NCBI RefSeq assembly: GCF_009914755.1
Contig: NC_060942.1
Origin: the human T2T-CHM13v2.0 reference genome, Homo sapiens
Strand: one strand, 5' to 3'
DNA length: 64,000 nucleotides
Shown in pieces: positions 62,977 through 64,000 of the stretch. A program made the position numbers and the translations under genes. The notes under the pieces are model-generated. The model saw only the letters and a list, made by a program, of their open reading frames with translations. It was not told the DNA's origin and did no database searches. Numbering within the stretch: the first letter of the stretch is position 1; every line of letters begins with the position of its first letter.

Positions 62977-63600
62977 CAGGGCCAGATTTACCGTGGAGTC
63001 CATGAAACTTAACCCCAAGGCCTCTCCTTTGCACAACCCTGACCAAGGCCCTGGGAGGGACCCTAACCTTGTGTTCACATGGTCATGTGTTTTTGTAATA
63101 TTCACAAAGCAAGTTATTTTGAGAGCAATCTGTTAGCAAATGGGCTATTGCCATTCAGACTTTCCCTCCTGCTGGATGCCGCTTGCTTGGCTGGGCATTT
63201 GGGGGAGCTGACTTAGGGGAGGTTGCAGTGGAGATGCTTTTAGTTTTAGTGGGCTATGTTTACGTGGTTTGCAGTTACTTCTGTATGTGCAGTTAGGTTA
63301 CTGCCAGCATTGTGGTGTAGGAATAACTTCTAGAAATCCTGCTAAGGCCCACGGAATCAACTCATGAGGTCCTCATGCAAACACGGCCCACCCTACAACT
63401 CATAACATGTGACTGCAACTAGGACATCATCAACAACTTGGTTAATGAGTGTCGTTAATTCAAAGAGAATAGAAGTTGAGTCACCACATAAGAAAATTAG
63501 AAACGCCCCCCAAATCTTATAGGTCATGTACAAAAGAACACTAAATAGAATTATTTCCCAAATTTGATAATCCAGAAAACTTATAAGGTAAAAGAACTTA
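62977..63600 (+). mobile_element. Zaphod/MER115-like hAT-Tip100 DNA transposon remnant
   Basis: cagggccagatttacc...ccaaggccctgggagggaccct..tgtgttcacatggtcatgtgtttttgtaa resembles the recalled Zaphod 5' end. Confidence 0.6.
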
Positions 63601-63618
63601 TAAATATCAGCCATACAA

Positions 63619-63974
<356 letters not shown>

Positions 63975-64000
63975 TTATCTTTTTAACTACCTAACTTTCA

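Overview
Primate (human-like) genomic DNA: repeat-rich, mostly intronic sequence from the MAPK4 (ERK4, atypical MAP kinase) gene on the + strand. One exon is well supported: 24831..26246, made of an 870-nt 5'UTR and the first 182 codons (25701..26246, kinase subdomains I-VII through DFG). The rest is the end of the upstream intron and about 38 kb of the downstream intron; the next exon (SEG activation loop) is not in the window. The introns hold many Alus, L1/L2/L3 and MIR fragments, MLT1/MER21 LTRs, and hAT MITEs (MER20, MER58A, MER5A, MER1B, Zaphod-like). Repeat subfamily names come from recalled consensus sequences, not from a search. I found no evidence of a new multi-gene system. The most notable observations are: (1) an AluJ flanked by a ~170-bp direct repeat in target-site-duplication geometry; (2) an old mitochondrial ND4 NUMT split by a younger Alu; (3) a trimeric Alu from a recent 137-bp duplication; (4) a 36-nt telomere-like filler inside a MER21 LTR; (5) a 5'UTR with 14 uAUGs, chained stop/start uORFs and cryptic splice sites; (6) the possibility that this AUG-containing exon forms a circRNA encoding a 213-aa truncated kinase.
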